NCBI GenBank assembly: GCA_036557525.1
Contig: DATBHH010000080.1
Span: 13,746 to 77,745 of the forward strand
Length of the DNA stretch: 64,000 nucleotides
Direction of reading: 5' to 3'
Source of the DNA: Solirubrobacterales bacterium
Lineage (GTDB): Bacteria > Actinomycetota > Thermoleophilia > Solirubrobacterales > 70-9
Positions 1 through 9,784 of this stretch are shown in pieces. A model generated the notes under the pieces. It saw only the letters and a program-made list of their open reading frames with translations. It was not told where the DNA came from and ran no database searches. Position numbers and translations under genes: made by a program. How positions within the stretch are numbered: position 1 is the first letter of the stretch; the number at the start of each line of letters is the position of its first letter.

Positions 1-856
1 CTCCGCACCCCGACAAGGCCAGGATCCCGCCCGCAAGCATCAGCGCCGCGCCTCGGCGGGATTGCCGCCACGTCGGTCGCCAGCCCTGGCTGTAAGCGAA
101 CCAGAGCAGCCCGGCGATGCAGAGCAGCGTCGCTACATAGAAGTTGAGACGCAGGCCGAGGAAGTGGTGGGAGGGATCGACGCGCAGCGACTCCTCGAAG
201 ATGCGAAAGGCCGAGTAGCCGGCGACGTATAGGGCGAAGAGGCCCGGCGGGCGAATGCGTCGATGGTGCCCCAGCCAGACGAGGAAGGCGGCGAGCGCCA
301 GGTTCCAGATCAGCTCGTAGAGGAAGGTCGGGTGGAAGGTGGCGAAACTCTCGTATCCCGCCGGGCGGTGAGCGGGAGAGATCTGCAGGGCCCAGGGCAG
401 GCTGGTCGGGCCGCCGAAGAGCTCCTGGTTGAAGTAGTTGCCGATCCGGACGAACGTCGTGGCAACCAGCAGCGCCGGCGCGGCGGCGTCCAGGAAGGCG
501 GCGGCGGAGACCCCCGCTCGACGCAGCCGCCAGATCCCGACGGCGGTGCCCAGGGCGATCCCGCCCCAGCTCCCCATGCCGCCTTCCCAGATCGCGAACG
601 GCCCCCACCAATGCGGTGGCATTTCGCCCCAGCTGGTCAGGTCGAAGTAGAGGCGCCCACCGATGATCCCGGCCGGGAAGCCCCACATCGCAACGTCATA
701 GACGAGGGCGCGCGAGCCGCCCTGCGCCTCCCAACGCCGAACTGTGATGAGAATCGCGGCCGCCAGCCCGACCACGTACATCAGCCCGTATACGTGCACT
801 TCAAAGAAGCCGACGTGAAAGCCGTTTGAGCTAGGGCTTGGGATCGAGGCGATCAT
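1..856 (-). CDS. lgt: prolipoprotein diacylglyceryl transferase (C-terminal end runs off the window)
   Basis: Absent from the ORF track because it is open at the window edge. Minus-strand translation from ATG at 856 reads MIASIPSPSSNGFHVGFFEVHVYGLMYVVGLAAAILI, then ATTFVRIGNYFNQELFGGPTSLPWALQISP and HPTFLYELIWN, which are typical Lgt signature regions. The + ORFs 263..829 and 438..650 are its shadows. Confidence 0.85.
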   Translation of the reverse strand, partial: MIASIPSPSSNGFHVGFFEVHVYGLMYVVGLAAAILITVRRWEAQGGSRALVYDVAMWGFPAGIIGGRLYFDLTSWGEMPPHWWGPFAIWEGGMGSWGGIALGTAVGIWRLRRAGVSAAAFLDAAAPALLVATTFVRIGNYFNQELFGGPTSLPWALQISPAHRPAGYESFATFHPTFLYELIWNLALAAFLVWLGHHRRIRPPGLFALYVAGYSAFRIFEESLRVDPSHHFLGLRLNFYVATLLCIAGLLWFAYSQGWRPTWRQSRRGAALMLAGGILALSGCG

Positions 857-1400
857 CGCGGGGGCCTAGGCCGGGGCGTCACTCTGAAATTGCTCGCCCG
901 CAGAACCTACCCGAGCATCTGTCTGGCCTTTCTCTTGAGGATGCCAAGGGAAGCCAGCTGGGGGTGGGTCAGGATTACTCCTTCGCGCGCCAGCCCCTTG
1001 CCGTGCAGCATCTCGAGTGGCGAGGGGACCGCAACGTCGAAGCTCTCATGCATGACCTGGCCGGCGTCACGCGGGACTCGATGGACCGGGTTTGGGTCGC
1101 ATATGGATTCTCCCGATGCCCGTACTTCACGAATGACGGAAAGCCTAAGCCGGATCTTCACCGGCAGGATCGATCCTGCATCTGACAACCCCCGACCTTG
1201 TGAGTCCTTCTCCGCGTGAGGTCCTCCGCGCTCCCACAAGCCGCGAAGCAGCTAGCCGACGCTGAAGAGCGCGACACTGTGATCGGTGCGCGATAGTCGC
1301 GCGCCCGGTCAGGCGGTCTTGAGCGGAAAGCGGACCCGGCCGGGCTTGCAGGGCTACTCCCGGTTTTTCGCTCAACCAAGCCGACTGCCCCGTTAGAAAG

Positions 1401-1489
1401 CGGAGGGGGTGGGATTCGAACCCACGAGACCCCTGACGAGGCCTAACGGCTTTCAAGGCCGCCGCATTCAACCGCTCTGCCACCCCTCC
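1401..1489 (-). tRNA. tRNA-Ser (anticodon UGA), long variable arm
   Basis: Reverse complement GGAGGGGTGGCAGAGCGGTTGAATGCGGCGGCCTTGAAAGCCGT...GGTTCGAATCCCACCCCCTCCG. The 7-bp acceptor stem pairs, the anticodon loop is CUUGAAA, and there is a long extra arm and a GTTCGAATC T-loop. Confidence 0.9.
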
Positions 1490-1528
1490 GGGGGTTAGGC
1501 GAGTGAGCGTAGGTGATTGGATCGAGCG

Positions 1529-2686
1529 ATGCGCAGGTTGCTCGTCCTCGCCTCGACGATGGTTTTCTTCGACGTCGCCTTCTATGCGGCGATCGCGCCG
1601 CTGCTCCCTCACTACGTCTCGAAGTTCGACCTGAGCGAGGCCGAAGCCGGGATCCTCCAGGCCTCCTATGCGGCCGGGACGCTGCTCCTCGCCCTGCCGT
1701 CGGGCCTGCTCGCGGCGCGGATCGGGCCGCGCAGGACGGTGATCGGCGGCCTAGCCGTGTTCGGCGCCTCGGGGCTCGTGTTCGGGTTCGGGGACCAGAT
1801 CGCCGTGCTCGACCTCGCGCGGTTCTGCCAGGGTTGCGCCGGCGCGCTGATCTGGTCCGGCGCGCTCGCCTGGCTGATCGCCGCCTACCCGCCCGACCGG
1901 CGCGGCGCGGTGATCGGCACCGCGCTCGGCACCGCGGTCGCCGGAGCCCTGCTCGGGCCGCTGCTCGGCGGCATCGCGGCCAAGATCGGGACCGGGGCCG
2001 TCTTCGGCGCCGTCACCGTCATCGCCGTCGTTCTCGCCATCGCCGCCGCCCGCACGCCGGAGCTCGGGGTGAGCGAGGTCCAGGACCTTCGCACCGCGCT
2101 GCGGATCATCGCCACCCGCCCGATCGTGATCGCCACCGCGTTCGTCGCAGTCCCCTCGCTGATGGCGGGGGCGATAGAGGTGCTGGTGCCACTGCGGATC
2201 GACGACCTCGACGGCGGGTCGACGCTGATCGCCGCGGCGTTCGTCGTCGGGGCGGGGATCGAGGCCTCTCTCGCTCCGATCGCGGGCCGCTACTCGGACC
2301 GGGTCGGCCGGCGCGCCCCCTACGTCTTCGGGTCGGCGGTCTGCGCGGCGGCGATGGTCGGGATCGCGGCAGGCCAGGCGCTCGGGGTCGTGATCGGCTC
2401 GCTCCTGGTCATCTCCTTCGGCGCCGGGCTCTCGTTCACCCCGGCGATCGCGGCGCTCTCGGAGGCCGGCGAAACCGCGCGCCTCCACGAGGGCGTGGCC
2501 GCCGGGCTCTCGAACGTCGCCTGGGCCTCGGGGCAGGTCGTCGGCGCGATCGTCGGCGGCGGCCTGGCCAGCGCCGCCGGGTTCGCGACGCCGAACCTGG
2601 CCGTCGCAGCGCTGCTGGCGGCGACCGCGGTCTACGCAAGCCGGGTGCTGAAGGGCGGATACCCTGCGCCGGTGAGTGCGGAGTGA
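1529..2686 (+). CDS. MFS transporter
   Basis: ORF 1517..2686. The product is hydrophobic and multi-spanning (MRRLLVLASTMVFFDVAFYAAIAPLLP...), with a GPRRT loop after TM2 typical of MFS. ATG at 1529 is preferred over TTG at 1517. Confidence 0.85.
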   Translation: MRRLLVLASTMVFFDVAFYAAIAPLLPHYVSKFDLSEAEAGILQASYAAGTLLLALPSGLLAARIGPRRTVIGGLAVFGASGLVFGFGDQIAVLDLARFCQGCAGALIWSGALAWLIAAYPPDRRGAVIGTALGTAVAGALLGPLLGGIAAKIGTGAVFGAVTVIAVVLAIAAARTPELGVSEVQDLRTALRIIATRPIVIATAFVAVPSLMAGAIEVLVPLRIDDLDGGSTLIAAAFVVGAGIEASLAPIAGRYSDRVGRRAPYVFGSAVCAAAMVGIAAGQALGVVIGSLLVISFGAGLSFTPAIAALSEAGETARLHEGVAAGLSNVAWASGQVVGAIVGGGLASAAGFATPNLAVAALLAATAVYASRVLKGGYPAPVSAE

Positions 2687-2740
2687 GCAAGCGTCGAGAT
2701 CAGCGCGAAGGTTTGAGATGACCCCCGAGGGCGGGTAGAG

Positions 2741-4039
2741 GTGGCCGGAGCGGAGTGGCGCAACTGGGCGGGCGATCAGTCCTGCCGGCCGGCCGCGCGG
2801 GTGGCGCCGCGTGACCGCGACGAGCTTGCGGCGGCGGTCGCCTCGGCCGCGGAGGCCTCCGGGAAGGTGAGCGTCGCCGGCTCGGGGCACTCGTTCACCG
2901 AGGCGCCGCTGACCGACGGCACGCTGATCGACATCGGCGCTCTCAGCGGGGTGATCGACGCCGATCCCCCCTCCGGCCTCGTCCGGGCCGGCGGCGGGAC
3001 GGTCCTCGCCGACCTCAACCGGGAGCTCCACCGGCTCGGCCTGGCGATGGAGAACCTCGGCGACATCGACCGCCAGACGGTCGCGGGGGCGATCTCGACC
3101 GGAACCCACGGAACCGGCCTGAAGCTCGGCAACCTCTCGACCCAGGTGGTCGGGGTCGAGCTGGTGACCGGCGACGGCAGGGTGCGCGACCTGGCCGAGT
3201 CCGATGGCGACCTGCTGCGGGCGGCGCGGGTCGGACTCGGCGCGCTGGGGGCGATCAGCGCGGTGACTCTGCGCTGCGTCCCCGCCTTCGTCCTCGAGAT
3301 CGTCTCGAGGCCGCTGCCGCGCGAAGAGGTCCTCGACACCTTCCTCGAACGTGCCGAGGCCAACGATCATTTCGAGCTCTTCACCTTCCCCTACGCCGAC
3401 TCCGCGCTCGTCCTCGAACGCGACCGGACCGAGTCGGAGCCGCGCCCGCGCGGCAGGGTCGGGGCCTACCTCAACGACATCGTCCTCGAGAACTGGGCGC
3501 TGGGGGCGTTCTCGGGCGCGGGGAAGATCCTCCCGGCGTCGATCCCACTGCTCTCGCGGACCGCAGCGCGGCTCGCATCCGGCGGCCGGGTCGTCGACCG
3601 CAGCGACCGGGTGTTTGCCAGCGAGCGCCGGGTCCGATTCACCGAGATGGAGTACGGGGTCCCGCGCGAGAGCGGGCCCGAGGCCGCCCGGCGGGTGGTG
3701 GAGTGGGTCCGCGCCAACCGCTATCCGGTCTTCTTCCCGATCGAGATGCGGGTCGCCGCCGGCGACGACGCTCTGCTCAGCCCCTCGCACGAGCGCGACA
3801 CCACCTACATCGCGGTCCACCAGTACCGGGGGATGGAGTGGCGTCCCTACTTCGAGGCGGTCGAGGCGATCATGGACTCCTACGGCGGCCGTCCCCACTG
3901 GGGCAAGCGCCACTTCCAGACCGCGGAGACGCTGGCGCCCCGCTATCCGCGCTGGGGCGCGTTCGCGGCCGCCCGCGACGAGCTCGACCCCGGTCGCGTG
4001 TTCGGCAACGAGTACGCGATCCGGGTCCTCGGGCCCTGA
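2741..4039 (+). CDS. FAD-linked oxidoreductase, D-arabinono-1,4-lactone / L-gulonolactone oxidase family
   Basis: N-terminus WRNWAGDQSC, FAD-binding VSVAGSGHSFT, C-terminal GGRPHWGKRHF (ALO-domain HWGK motif). Confidence 0.8.
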   Translation: MAGAEWRNWAGDQSCRPAARVAPRDRDELAAAVASAAEASGKVSVAGSGHSFTEAPLTDGTLIDIGALSGVIDADPPSGLVRAGGGTVLADLNRELHRLGLAMENLGDIDRQTVAGAISTGTHGTGLKLGNLSTQVVGVELVTGDGRVRDLAESDGDLLRAARVGLGALGAISAVTLRCVPAFVLEIVSRPLPREEVLDTFLERAEANDHFELFTFPYADSALVLERDRTESEPRPRGRVGAYLNDIVLENWALGAFSGAGKILPASIPLLSRTAARLASGGRVVDRSDRVFASERRVRFTEMEYGVPRESGPEAARRVVEWVRANRYPVFFPIEMRVAAGDDALLSPSHERDTTYIAVHQYRGMEWRPYFEAVEAIMDSYGGRPHWGKRHFQTAETLAPRYPRWGAFAAARDELDPGRVFGNEYAIRVLGP

Positions 4040-4062
4040 CCCCCGTCCTCGCCCATCACGTT

Positions 4063-4081
4063 TTCCATCCCTGGGATGGAA
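4063..4081. terminator. candidate bidirectional terminator hairpin between convergent genes
   Basis: TTCCATCC-ctg-GGATGGAA: perfect 8-bp stem with a 3-nt loop, T-run on the 5' side and A-run on the 3' side. It lies between the stops of 2741..4039 (+) and 4100..5296 (-). The stem is AT-rich and weak. Confidence 0.35.
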
Positions 4082-4099
4082 AGCGTGCTTCGACTTCGC

Positions 4100-5296
4100 C
4101 TAGAGGAAGGCGCGGCCCTCGCCGCGGTAGGTCGGGACCTCGTCGATGATCCGGCCACCCTCGACCAGGCGCAGGGTGTCGAACCGCTCGCAGAGCTCGC
4201 CCGCCTTGGCGTGGCGCATGTAGACGCGATCGCCGATCCGCAGCTCGGCCGCCGGCGGGCCGAGCAGCGGTGTCTGCACCTCGCCCGCCCCCTCCTCGGC
4301 GTCGAGCTCGAGCCCCGGGGGGAGCCAGGGCGCGGGGAGGCGGGCGGGGTCGCCGCTGCCGGAGGCGAGGTAGCCGCCGCCCAGCGCGGTCGCGATCCGC
4401 GGCGAGGGCTTGCGGACGATCGGCAGCGCGAACCCCGCCGCCGGGGTCAGCGAGAAGCGGCTGTAGTGGTCGAAGAGCGTCGGCGCGTAGAAGCCCGAGC
4501 CGGCGGTGACCTCGGTGACGGCCTCCTCGGCGCCGGTCAGCTCGAGGCTGCCGGTGCCGCCGCCGTTGACGATCGGGAGCTCGGCGAACTCCCTGATCGC
4601 GGCCACGGTCTCGGCCCGGCGGGCGGCGATCTCGGCGGCCGAGCGGCGCTGCATGAACCGGATCGCCGCTCCCCGCAGGCGCCGCCCCGGGGGCGTGTCG
4701 CCGACTCCGGCGATCTGCCCCTCATAGGCCATCAGCGCCGCCAGCCGCAGCTGGGGACGTCGCTCGATCTCCCGCGCCAGGGCGACGGCCTGCTCGACGG
4801 TGTGGACGGGGGAGCGCTTCGGGCCGGCCTTGAGCCGGCCGCCCAGCGCCCACCAGCTCGCGTCGAGGTCGATGCAGACCCGGACCGGCGCCGCTCCCGC
4901 TCCGAGCACGGCCTCGATCGCGTCGAGATGCTCGGCGCAGTCGACCATCACGATCGGGGCGTCGTCCGGGTTCGCGGCCGAGCGCAGCGCCAGCTCGCCG
5001 AGCGCGTCGGAGTCGGCCGTCGGGTAGGCGAGGAGCAGGTTCTCGTAGCCACGCTCGGCCAGCCACAGGGTCTCGGGCAGGGTGAAGGTCATCAGCCCGG
5101 CGAAGCGCCGGTCGGAGTCGAGGATCCGGTCGAGGACCGCCCGGCAGCGCAGCGACTTGCTCGCGACGCGAACCGGCTTGGCGCCGGCCCGCCCGAGCAT
5201 CTCCTCCGCGTTCGCCGACATCGCGTCGAGGTCGACGAACGCGAACGGCGCCTCCACCTCCTCGAATATCGCCTCGTACTCCGCGTGGGTCGCCAT
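4100..5296 (-). CDS. PLP-dependent amino-acid deaminase/aldolase of the alanine-racemase N-terminal fold (D-serine dehydratase / D-threonine aldolase-like)
   Basis: FAFVDLDAMSANA...KPVRVASKSLRC (PLP-lysine context), overall alanine-racemase-like TIM barrel followed by a C-terminal beta domain. Confidence 0.7.
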   Translation of the reverse strand: MATHAEYEAIFEEVEAPFAFVDLDAMSANAEEMLGRAGAKPVRVASKSLRCRAVLDRILDSDRRFAGLMTFTLPETLWLAERGYENLLLAYPTADSDALGELALRSAANPDDAPIVMVDCAEHLDAIEAVLGAGAAPVRVCIDLDASWWALGGRLKAGPKRSPVHTVEQAVALAREIERRPQLRLAALMAYEGQIAGVGDTPPGRRLRGAAIRFMQRRSAAEIAARRAETVAAIREFAELPIVNGGGTGSLELTGAEEAVTEVTAGSGFYAPTLFDHYSRFSLTPAAGFALPIVRKPSPRIATALGGGYLASGSGDPARLPAPWLPPGLELDAEEGAGEVQTPLLGPPAAELRIGDRVYMRHAKAGELCERFDTLRLVEGGRIIDEVPTYRGEGRAFL

Positions 5297-5372
5297 CCGC
5301 GTTACGAGCCTAGCCCGGCAGGGCGGACGCGGGAGCGAGGGCAGAGGAGGCGGCGGTATCTTGTTCCCTCCC

Positions 5373-5461
5373 GGAGAGGTGGCCGAGTGGCTGAAGGCAC
5401 TCGCCTGCTAAGCGAGTAGGGGGCGCAAGCTCTCTCGAGGGTTCGAATCCCTCCCTCTCCG
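5373..5461 (+). tRNA. tRNA-Ser (anticodon GCU), long variable arm
   Basis: GGAGAGGTGGCCGAGTGGCTGAAGGCACTCGCCTGCTAAGCGAG...GGTTCGAATCCCTCCCTCTCCG. The acceptor stem pairs and the anticodon loop is CUGCUAA. Confidence 0.9.
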
Positions 5462-5469
5462 CTCCGGGC

Positions 5470-6903
5470 CTAGCCCCGCCGCGCGCGAACGACGACCCGC
5501 GCCCCCCCGGCGGGAATCATCGTCACGTTGCGGTGCCGGGCCCGCTCCGGCTCGGGCTCGGCCGCCTCGAGGTCGAGGCGCCGCGCCATCATCTCCAGCA
5601 CGACGCGCTGCTCGGCCATCGCCAGCGCCGCGCCGAGGCAGCGGCGGGTACCGCCGCCGAAGGGAATCCACTCGTAGGTGCCGGGCCTGCGGCCGCTCCA
5701 GCGCTCGGGGCGGAACTCGAACGGCCGCGGGTAGACGTCCTCGCGATGGTGGAGGAGGAGGATGCTGACCAGGATCGGGGTCTCGGCCCTGATCGCGTAG
5801 GGACTGAACTGCCACGGCGCCATCACCCGGCGGCCGACGATCGGCACGACCGGCCGCGACCGCATCGCCTCGAGGATCGTCGCCTCGACCTGCTCGGCGG
5901 ATTCCTCGCCGGAGCGGACCGCATCGCGCAGGCGATCGTGGGCGTCGGGCGCGCGGACCAGCCGCTCCCACGCCCAGGCGAGCGAGTTGGCCGTCGTCTC
6001 GTGGCCGGCGAGGACCAGCGTCAGCAGCTCGTCGCGGACCTCGCGGTCGCTCAGCGCCTCGCCGTCCTCGGTCCGCGCCTGCAGCAGCTGGGAGAGGATG
6101 TCGCGGCGCTCGCCGAGGTCCTCGGCGGCGCGGCGGCGGGAGATCACCGCGTAGGTCGGCCGATCGAGGATCTCGAGCCCGACCCGCGTCAAACCCACCG
6201 GCTCGTCGCGGAACAGGTTCATCAGCTCGCTGATCTGGGCCGCTGGTTTCGTCGAGGCGGCGACCAGCCGCTTGGTCGCGAATCGAAGCCAGAACTCGGG
6301 CGTGTCGCGCCGCGGCGTGCCCTCGATCCCGAAGATCCCGGACATGATCACGTCGAGGGTGATCGCCTGCATCCGCGGGGCGAGTGCGAACGGGCGCCCG
6401 AGCGGCCAGGTCCCGATCTCGCGCTCGGCCGCGGCGGCGATCGAGCGGGTGTAGCGCTCGATCGCCTCGCCGTGGAAGTTCGGCAGCAGCAGCTTTCGCT
6501 GCCGCATGTGGCGCGGTTCGAGCGCGGTGAGGACGGAGTTGGGGCCGACGATCGGCGCCAGTGGCGACTCGGCCGCAAGTGAGGGAGCCAGCTCCGGCGA
6601 GGCGGTGAACAGCGAGCGGACGTGGTCCGGATGACTGACGATGATCAGCCCGCCCGGCATCGCGGTCCGCATCCGGAAGGTCTCGCCCAGTCGCCGGCGG
6701 GCGCCGAAGACGAACTGGATCTGGCGCTGGTTGAAGCGGAGGATCTGCGCCGCCGGATGCATCTCGACGACCGGCGGGGCCGGGAGCGCCGCCTGTTCGG
6801 AGCTCGAGATCGGACCCGCGGGGGAGGCGGGGGCCTCGCCGGCGAGGTCGTTCGGGGCCCCATCCGGGGCCGCGGCGAGGGTCGATCCGGCGGGCGAGCT
6901 CAT
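5470..6903 (-). CDS. cytochrome P450
   Basis: Heme-thiolate loop FGGGTRRCLGAALAMAE, I-helix LAGHETT, and ExxR present. The ATG at 6903 (MSSPAGS) is preferred to 6954, which would leave only 11 bp to the divergent pyk. Confidence 0.85.
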   Translation of the reverse strand: MSSPAGSTLAAAPDGAPNDLAGEAPASPAGPISSSEQAALPAPPVVEMHPAAQILRFNQRQIQFVFGARRRLGETFRMRTAMPGGLIIVSHPDHVRSLFTASPELAPSLAAESPLAPIVGPNSVLTALEPRHMRQRKLLLPNFHGEAIERYTRSIAAAAEREIGTWPLGRPFALAPRMQAITLDVIMSGIFGIEGTPRRDTPEFWLRFATKRLVAASTKPAAQISELMNLFRDEPVGLTRVGLEILDRPTYAVISRRRAAEDLGERRDILSQLLQARTEDGEALSDREVRDELLTLVLAGHETTANSLAWAWERLVRAPDAHDRLRDAVRSGEESAEQVEATILEAMRSRPVVPIVGRRVMAPWQFSPYAIRAETPILVSILLLHHREDVYPRPFEFRPERWSGRRPGTYEWIPFGGGTRRCLGAALAMAEQRVVLEMMARRLDLEAAEPEPERARHRNVTMIPAGGARVVVRARRG

Positions 6904-6965
6904 CCCGATGGATGTTACACCGATCGGTGTCGCATAGAAGCGGGCGCCGACCATCTACAGTCGCT

Positions 6966-8411
6966 ATGACCATGGAGGCAGAACCGCGGAAGAGGGACGG
7001 GCGGCGGACGAAGATCATCGCGACCGTCGGGCCCGCGAGCTGGCAGGAGCACATGCTCGCCCAGCTGATCGAGGCCGGGGCCGACGTCTTCCGGCTCAAC
7101 TTCTCCCACGCTGACCGCGACCGCCACGCGGCGACGATCGAGGCGATCCGCAACGCGTCCGATCAGGTCGGGCGGGACGTCGCGGTGCTCGGCGATCTGC
7201 CGGGGCAGAAGCTGCGGATCGGCGAGCTGCGCGACGACGTCGCCGAGCTCGAGACCGGGATGCACGTGAAGCTGACGCCGCGGCAGGTCGAGGGCGACGC
7301 CGAGACGATCCCGGTCCAGTGGCCCGGGCTTTCGACCCTGCGCCGGGACGAGGAGGTCTACCTCGCCGACGGGGCGATCAGGCTCCGGGTCCGCGAGCCC
7401 GAGGCCGACGGAACCGGCGTCGACTGCGAGGTCGAGGTCGGCGGGACCCTCTCCTCGCACAAGGGGATGAACGTCCCCGGGGCGACGGCCCAGGCGACCG
7501 GCGACGGCGACATGGGCTGGGTCGAGTTCTCGGTCGAGCACGGCGTCGACCTGCTGGCGGTCTCGTTCGTCTCGACGGCCGCCGACCTCGACCCGGTGGC
7601 GGAGCGGGTGCGCTCGCTCGGCTCAGACATCCCGCTGATCGCGAAGATCGAGAAACGGCAGGCCGCCGAGAACGCCGCGGACATCATCGAGGCGGCGACA
7701 GCCGGGATCATGGTCGCCCGCGGCGATCTCGGGATCGAGCTGCCGCTGGCCGAGGTCCCGCTCGTCCAGAAGCGGCTGATCCGGGCCGCCGGCAAACGCT
7801 CGAAGCCGGCGATCACCGCGACCCAGATGCTCGCCTCGATGGTGACCGAGCGGCGCCCGACCCGGGCCGAGGTCACCGACGTCGCCAACGCGATCTTTGA
7901 CGGCACCGACGCCGTGATGCTCTCCGAGGAGACCGCGGTCGGCGGCAACCCGGTCGAGGCGGTGCGGGTCATGGACCGGATTGCGCGGGCGACTGAGCCC
8001 GACCTCCCCTACGGCGAGTGGCTGTTCAGCCGCACCGACCAGACCGACCAGGAGGTCGCCGACGCGGTCTCCTGGGGTGCGGTCGGCGCCGTTTACCGGC
8101 TCGGCCTCGCGGCGCTCGTCGTCCCCACATTCAGCGGCCGCACCGCTCGCCTCGTCTCGGCCCACCGGCCGAACGTCCCGGTGCTCGCGATCTCGCCGCG
8201 GATCGAGACCGTGCGCCGGCTCAACGTCCTGTTCGGGATCACCGCCCTGCACAGCGACCATGAGAAAGAGGTCAGCGCCCTGCTCAAGGACTGTGCCGCC
8301 CTCGCCGTCCAACAGGGGATCGCGAAATCCGGCGACCTGATCGCGATCACCGCCGGCCTGCCCCAGCAGGAACTGGGCACGAACCTGTTCGAGATCCACC
8401 GCGTGCCATGA
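6966..8411 (+). CDS. pyk: pyruvate kinase
   Basis: RRTKIIATVGPAS, FRLNFSH, MVARGDLGIELP, SEETAVG. ATG at 6966 chosen inside ORF 6912..8411. Confidence 0.9.
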   Translation: MTMEAEPRKRDGRRTKIIATVGPASWQEHMLAQLIEAGADVFRLNFSHADRDRHAATIEAIRNASDQVGRDVAVLGDLPGQKLRIGELRDDVAELETGMHVKLTPRQVEGDAETIPVQWPGLSTLRRDEEVYLADGAIRLRVREPEADGTGVDCEVEVGGTLSSHKGMNVPGATAQATGDGDMGWVEFSVEHGVDLLAVSFVSTAADLDPVAERVRSLGSDIPLIAKIEKRQAAENAADIIEAATAGIMVARGDLGIELPLAEVPLVQKRLIRAAGKRSKPAITATQMLASMVTERRPTRAEVTDVANAIFDGTDAVMLSEETAVGGNPVEAVRVMDRIARATEPDLPYGEWLFSRTDQTDQEVADAVSWGAVGAVYRLGLAALVVPTFSGRTARLVSAHRPNVPVLAISPRIETVRRLNVLFGITALHSDHEKEVSALLKDCAALAVQQGIAKSGDLIAITAGLPQQELGTNLFEIHRVP

Positions 8412-9190
8412 GCGAGGGACCTGTGCGCCTCGAGCGCGAGGAGGGCGGGCTCGCGGTCGTGACCTTCGACAGCCCGCCCCTCAACCTCTTCGACAGCAGC
8501 ATGTTCGAATCGCTGCGCCAGACGGTCGACGCGATCGAGCGCGAGCCGCCCCGCGCCGTCCTCTTCCGCGCCGAGGGCCGGGCGGTCTCCGGCGGGGTCG
8601 ACGTCCATGAGTTCGCCGGCGTGACGCCCGAGCAGGGGTCCGAGCTCTGGGCCGAGCTGCTGCGGGTCGTCGACCAGGTCGAACTGCTGCCGCTGCCGGT
8701 GGTGTTCGCCGCCCACGCGCTGACCCTGACCGCGGCGTTCGAGCTCGCCCTCGCCTGCGACCTGATCGTCGCCGCCCGCTCGGCCCGGTTCGGGCTGGTC
8801 GAGCGCGTCGTCGGCCTGACCCCGTCGATGGGCGGGACCCAGCGCCTCGCCGAGCGGGCCGGCAGCGGCCGCGCCCGGCAGCTGGTGATGACCGGCGACC
8901 TGTTCGGCGCCGAGGAGCTCGAGCGCTGGAACGTCGTCAACCACGTCTACGAGGACGGGGAGCTCGACGCGCGGGCGCGCGCACTCGCGGCCGATCTCGC
9001 CTCCGGACCGACCCGGGCCCACGCGATGACCAAGCACGTCCTGCGCCGGTTCCGCGAGGGCGGGATCCCGGCGGCCGACGACGCGATCCGCGAGGACGCC
9101 GCCGAGCTGTTCGCCACCGAGGACCTCCAGCGCGCGGTTCGGAGCTTTCTCGAGGAGGGCCCGGGCCAGGCCGAGTTCGAGGGCCGCTAG
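8408..9190 (+). CDS. enoyl-CoA hydratase/isomerase (crotonase) family protein
   Basis: LAVVTFDSPPLNLF, GGVDVHEF, crotonase-like length. ATGA overlap with the pyk stop. Confidence 0.8.
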   Translation: MSEGPVRLEREEGGLAVVTFDSPPLNLFDSSMFESLRQTVDAIEREPPRAVLFRAEGRAVSGGVDVHEFAGVTPEQGSELWAELLRVVDQVELLPLPVVFAAHALTLTAAFELALACDLIVAARSARFGLVERVVGLTPSMGGTQRLAERAGSGRARQLVMTGDLFGAEELERWNVVNHVYEDGELDARARALAADLASGPTRAHAMTKHVLRRFREGGIPAADDAIREDAAELFATEDLQRAVRSFLEEGPGQAEFEGR

Positions 9191-9771
9191 TCCCGCCCGG
9201 CTCCCGGCTCCCGCCACATCGTCGAGACGGTGACCGCCTCGTCGGGACGCCTGAACTCGCCGACCCGCTCGAACCCGAGTCGTTCGTAGCGGGGATCGTT
9301 GGCGGAGTTGCTCGACTCGAGATAGGCGGGCATCCGCTCGGCGTCGATCCGAGTCAGGCCATCGGCAAGCAGCGCCATCCCGGCTCCCTTTCCGCGGTGG
9401 TCGGGGTGGGTGCCGAGCAGGCTCAGGTAGTAGTGGGGCTCGTCGTCGGGATGGCTTCGCTCGAACCGATCGAGCAACTCGAGGACATCCGGTGCCCGCG
9501 AGCCGACCAGGTCGTGGAGCAGCGGCTCGACCCGGTGCTCCTCGTCCTCGGTCAGCTCGACCCCGCCGGGCGGGATCCACACCGACGCAGCGGCGCCGTC
9601 GTCGGCGACCAGCACCCACGGGTAGCGGAGTGCGCTCGAGACGTGGAAGCGCCACCAGGCCTCGAGGATCTCGCGCTCGGGGAAGGCCCAGCTCCAGAGC
9701 GGATCGTCGGCGAAAGCCGCCGTCAGCGTCTCCGTGACCCGGTCGAGGTCCCGCTCGGTGGCGACGCGCAC
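9187..9771 (-). CDS. GNAT family N-acetyltransferase
   Basis: LLGTHPDHRGKGAGMALL (acetyl-CoA-binding motif A), about 190 aa. Confidence 0.75.
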   Translation of the reverse strand: MRVATERDLDRVTETLTAAFADDPLWSWAFPEREILEAWWRFHVSSALRYPWVLVADDGAAASVWIPPGGVELTEDEEHRVEPLLHDLVGSRAPDVLELLDRFERSHPDDEPHYYLSLLGTHPDHRGKGAGMALLADGLTRIDAERMPAYLESSNSANDPRYERLGFERVGEFRRPDEAVTVSTMWREPGAGRD

Positions 9772-9784
9772 GACTATCCGTTGG

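Noticed and set aside
263-829. 188-aa + strand ORF at the left edge.
   Set aside because: It is antisense to an unmistakable lgt reading frame (GNYFNQELFG, HPTFLYE). Its product is Arg/Gly/Pro-rich with no motif.
1290-1360. Possible SRP (4.5S) RNA next to tRNA-Ser, prompted by GGTCAGG...CGGAAAGCGGACC on the + strand.
   Set aside because: I could not fold a helix-8-like stem with the conserved GGAA/GNRA tetraloop and AGCA-type loops. The orientation is opposite to the tRNA, and the resemblance rests on one heptamer. A covariance-model scan would be needed to revive the idea.
1751-3913. 720-aa minus-strand ORF spanning the MFS and lactone-oxidase genes. Similar giants occur at 5408..7153(-), 8093..9655(-), 17501..19720(-), 28718..31585(-), 30001..32388(+), 46583..48361(-), 51991..53736(-) and 59052..61169(+).
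   Set aside because: Their translations are low-complexity Arg/Pro/Gly/Asp strings with no motifs. Each lies antisense to, or out of frame with, a gene that has clear family signatures. They are typical shadow ORFs of very GC-rich DNA.
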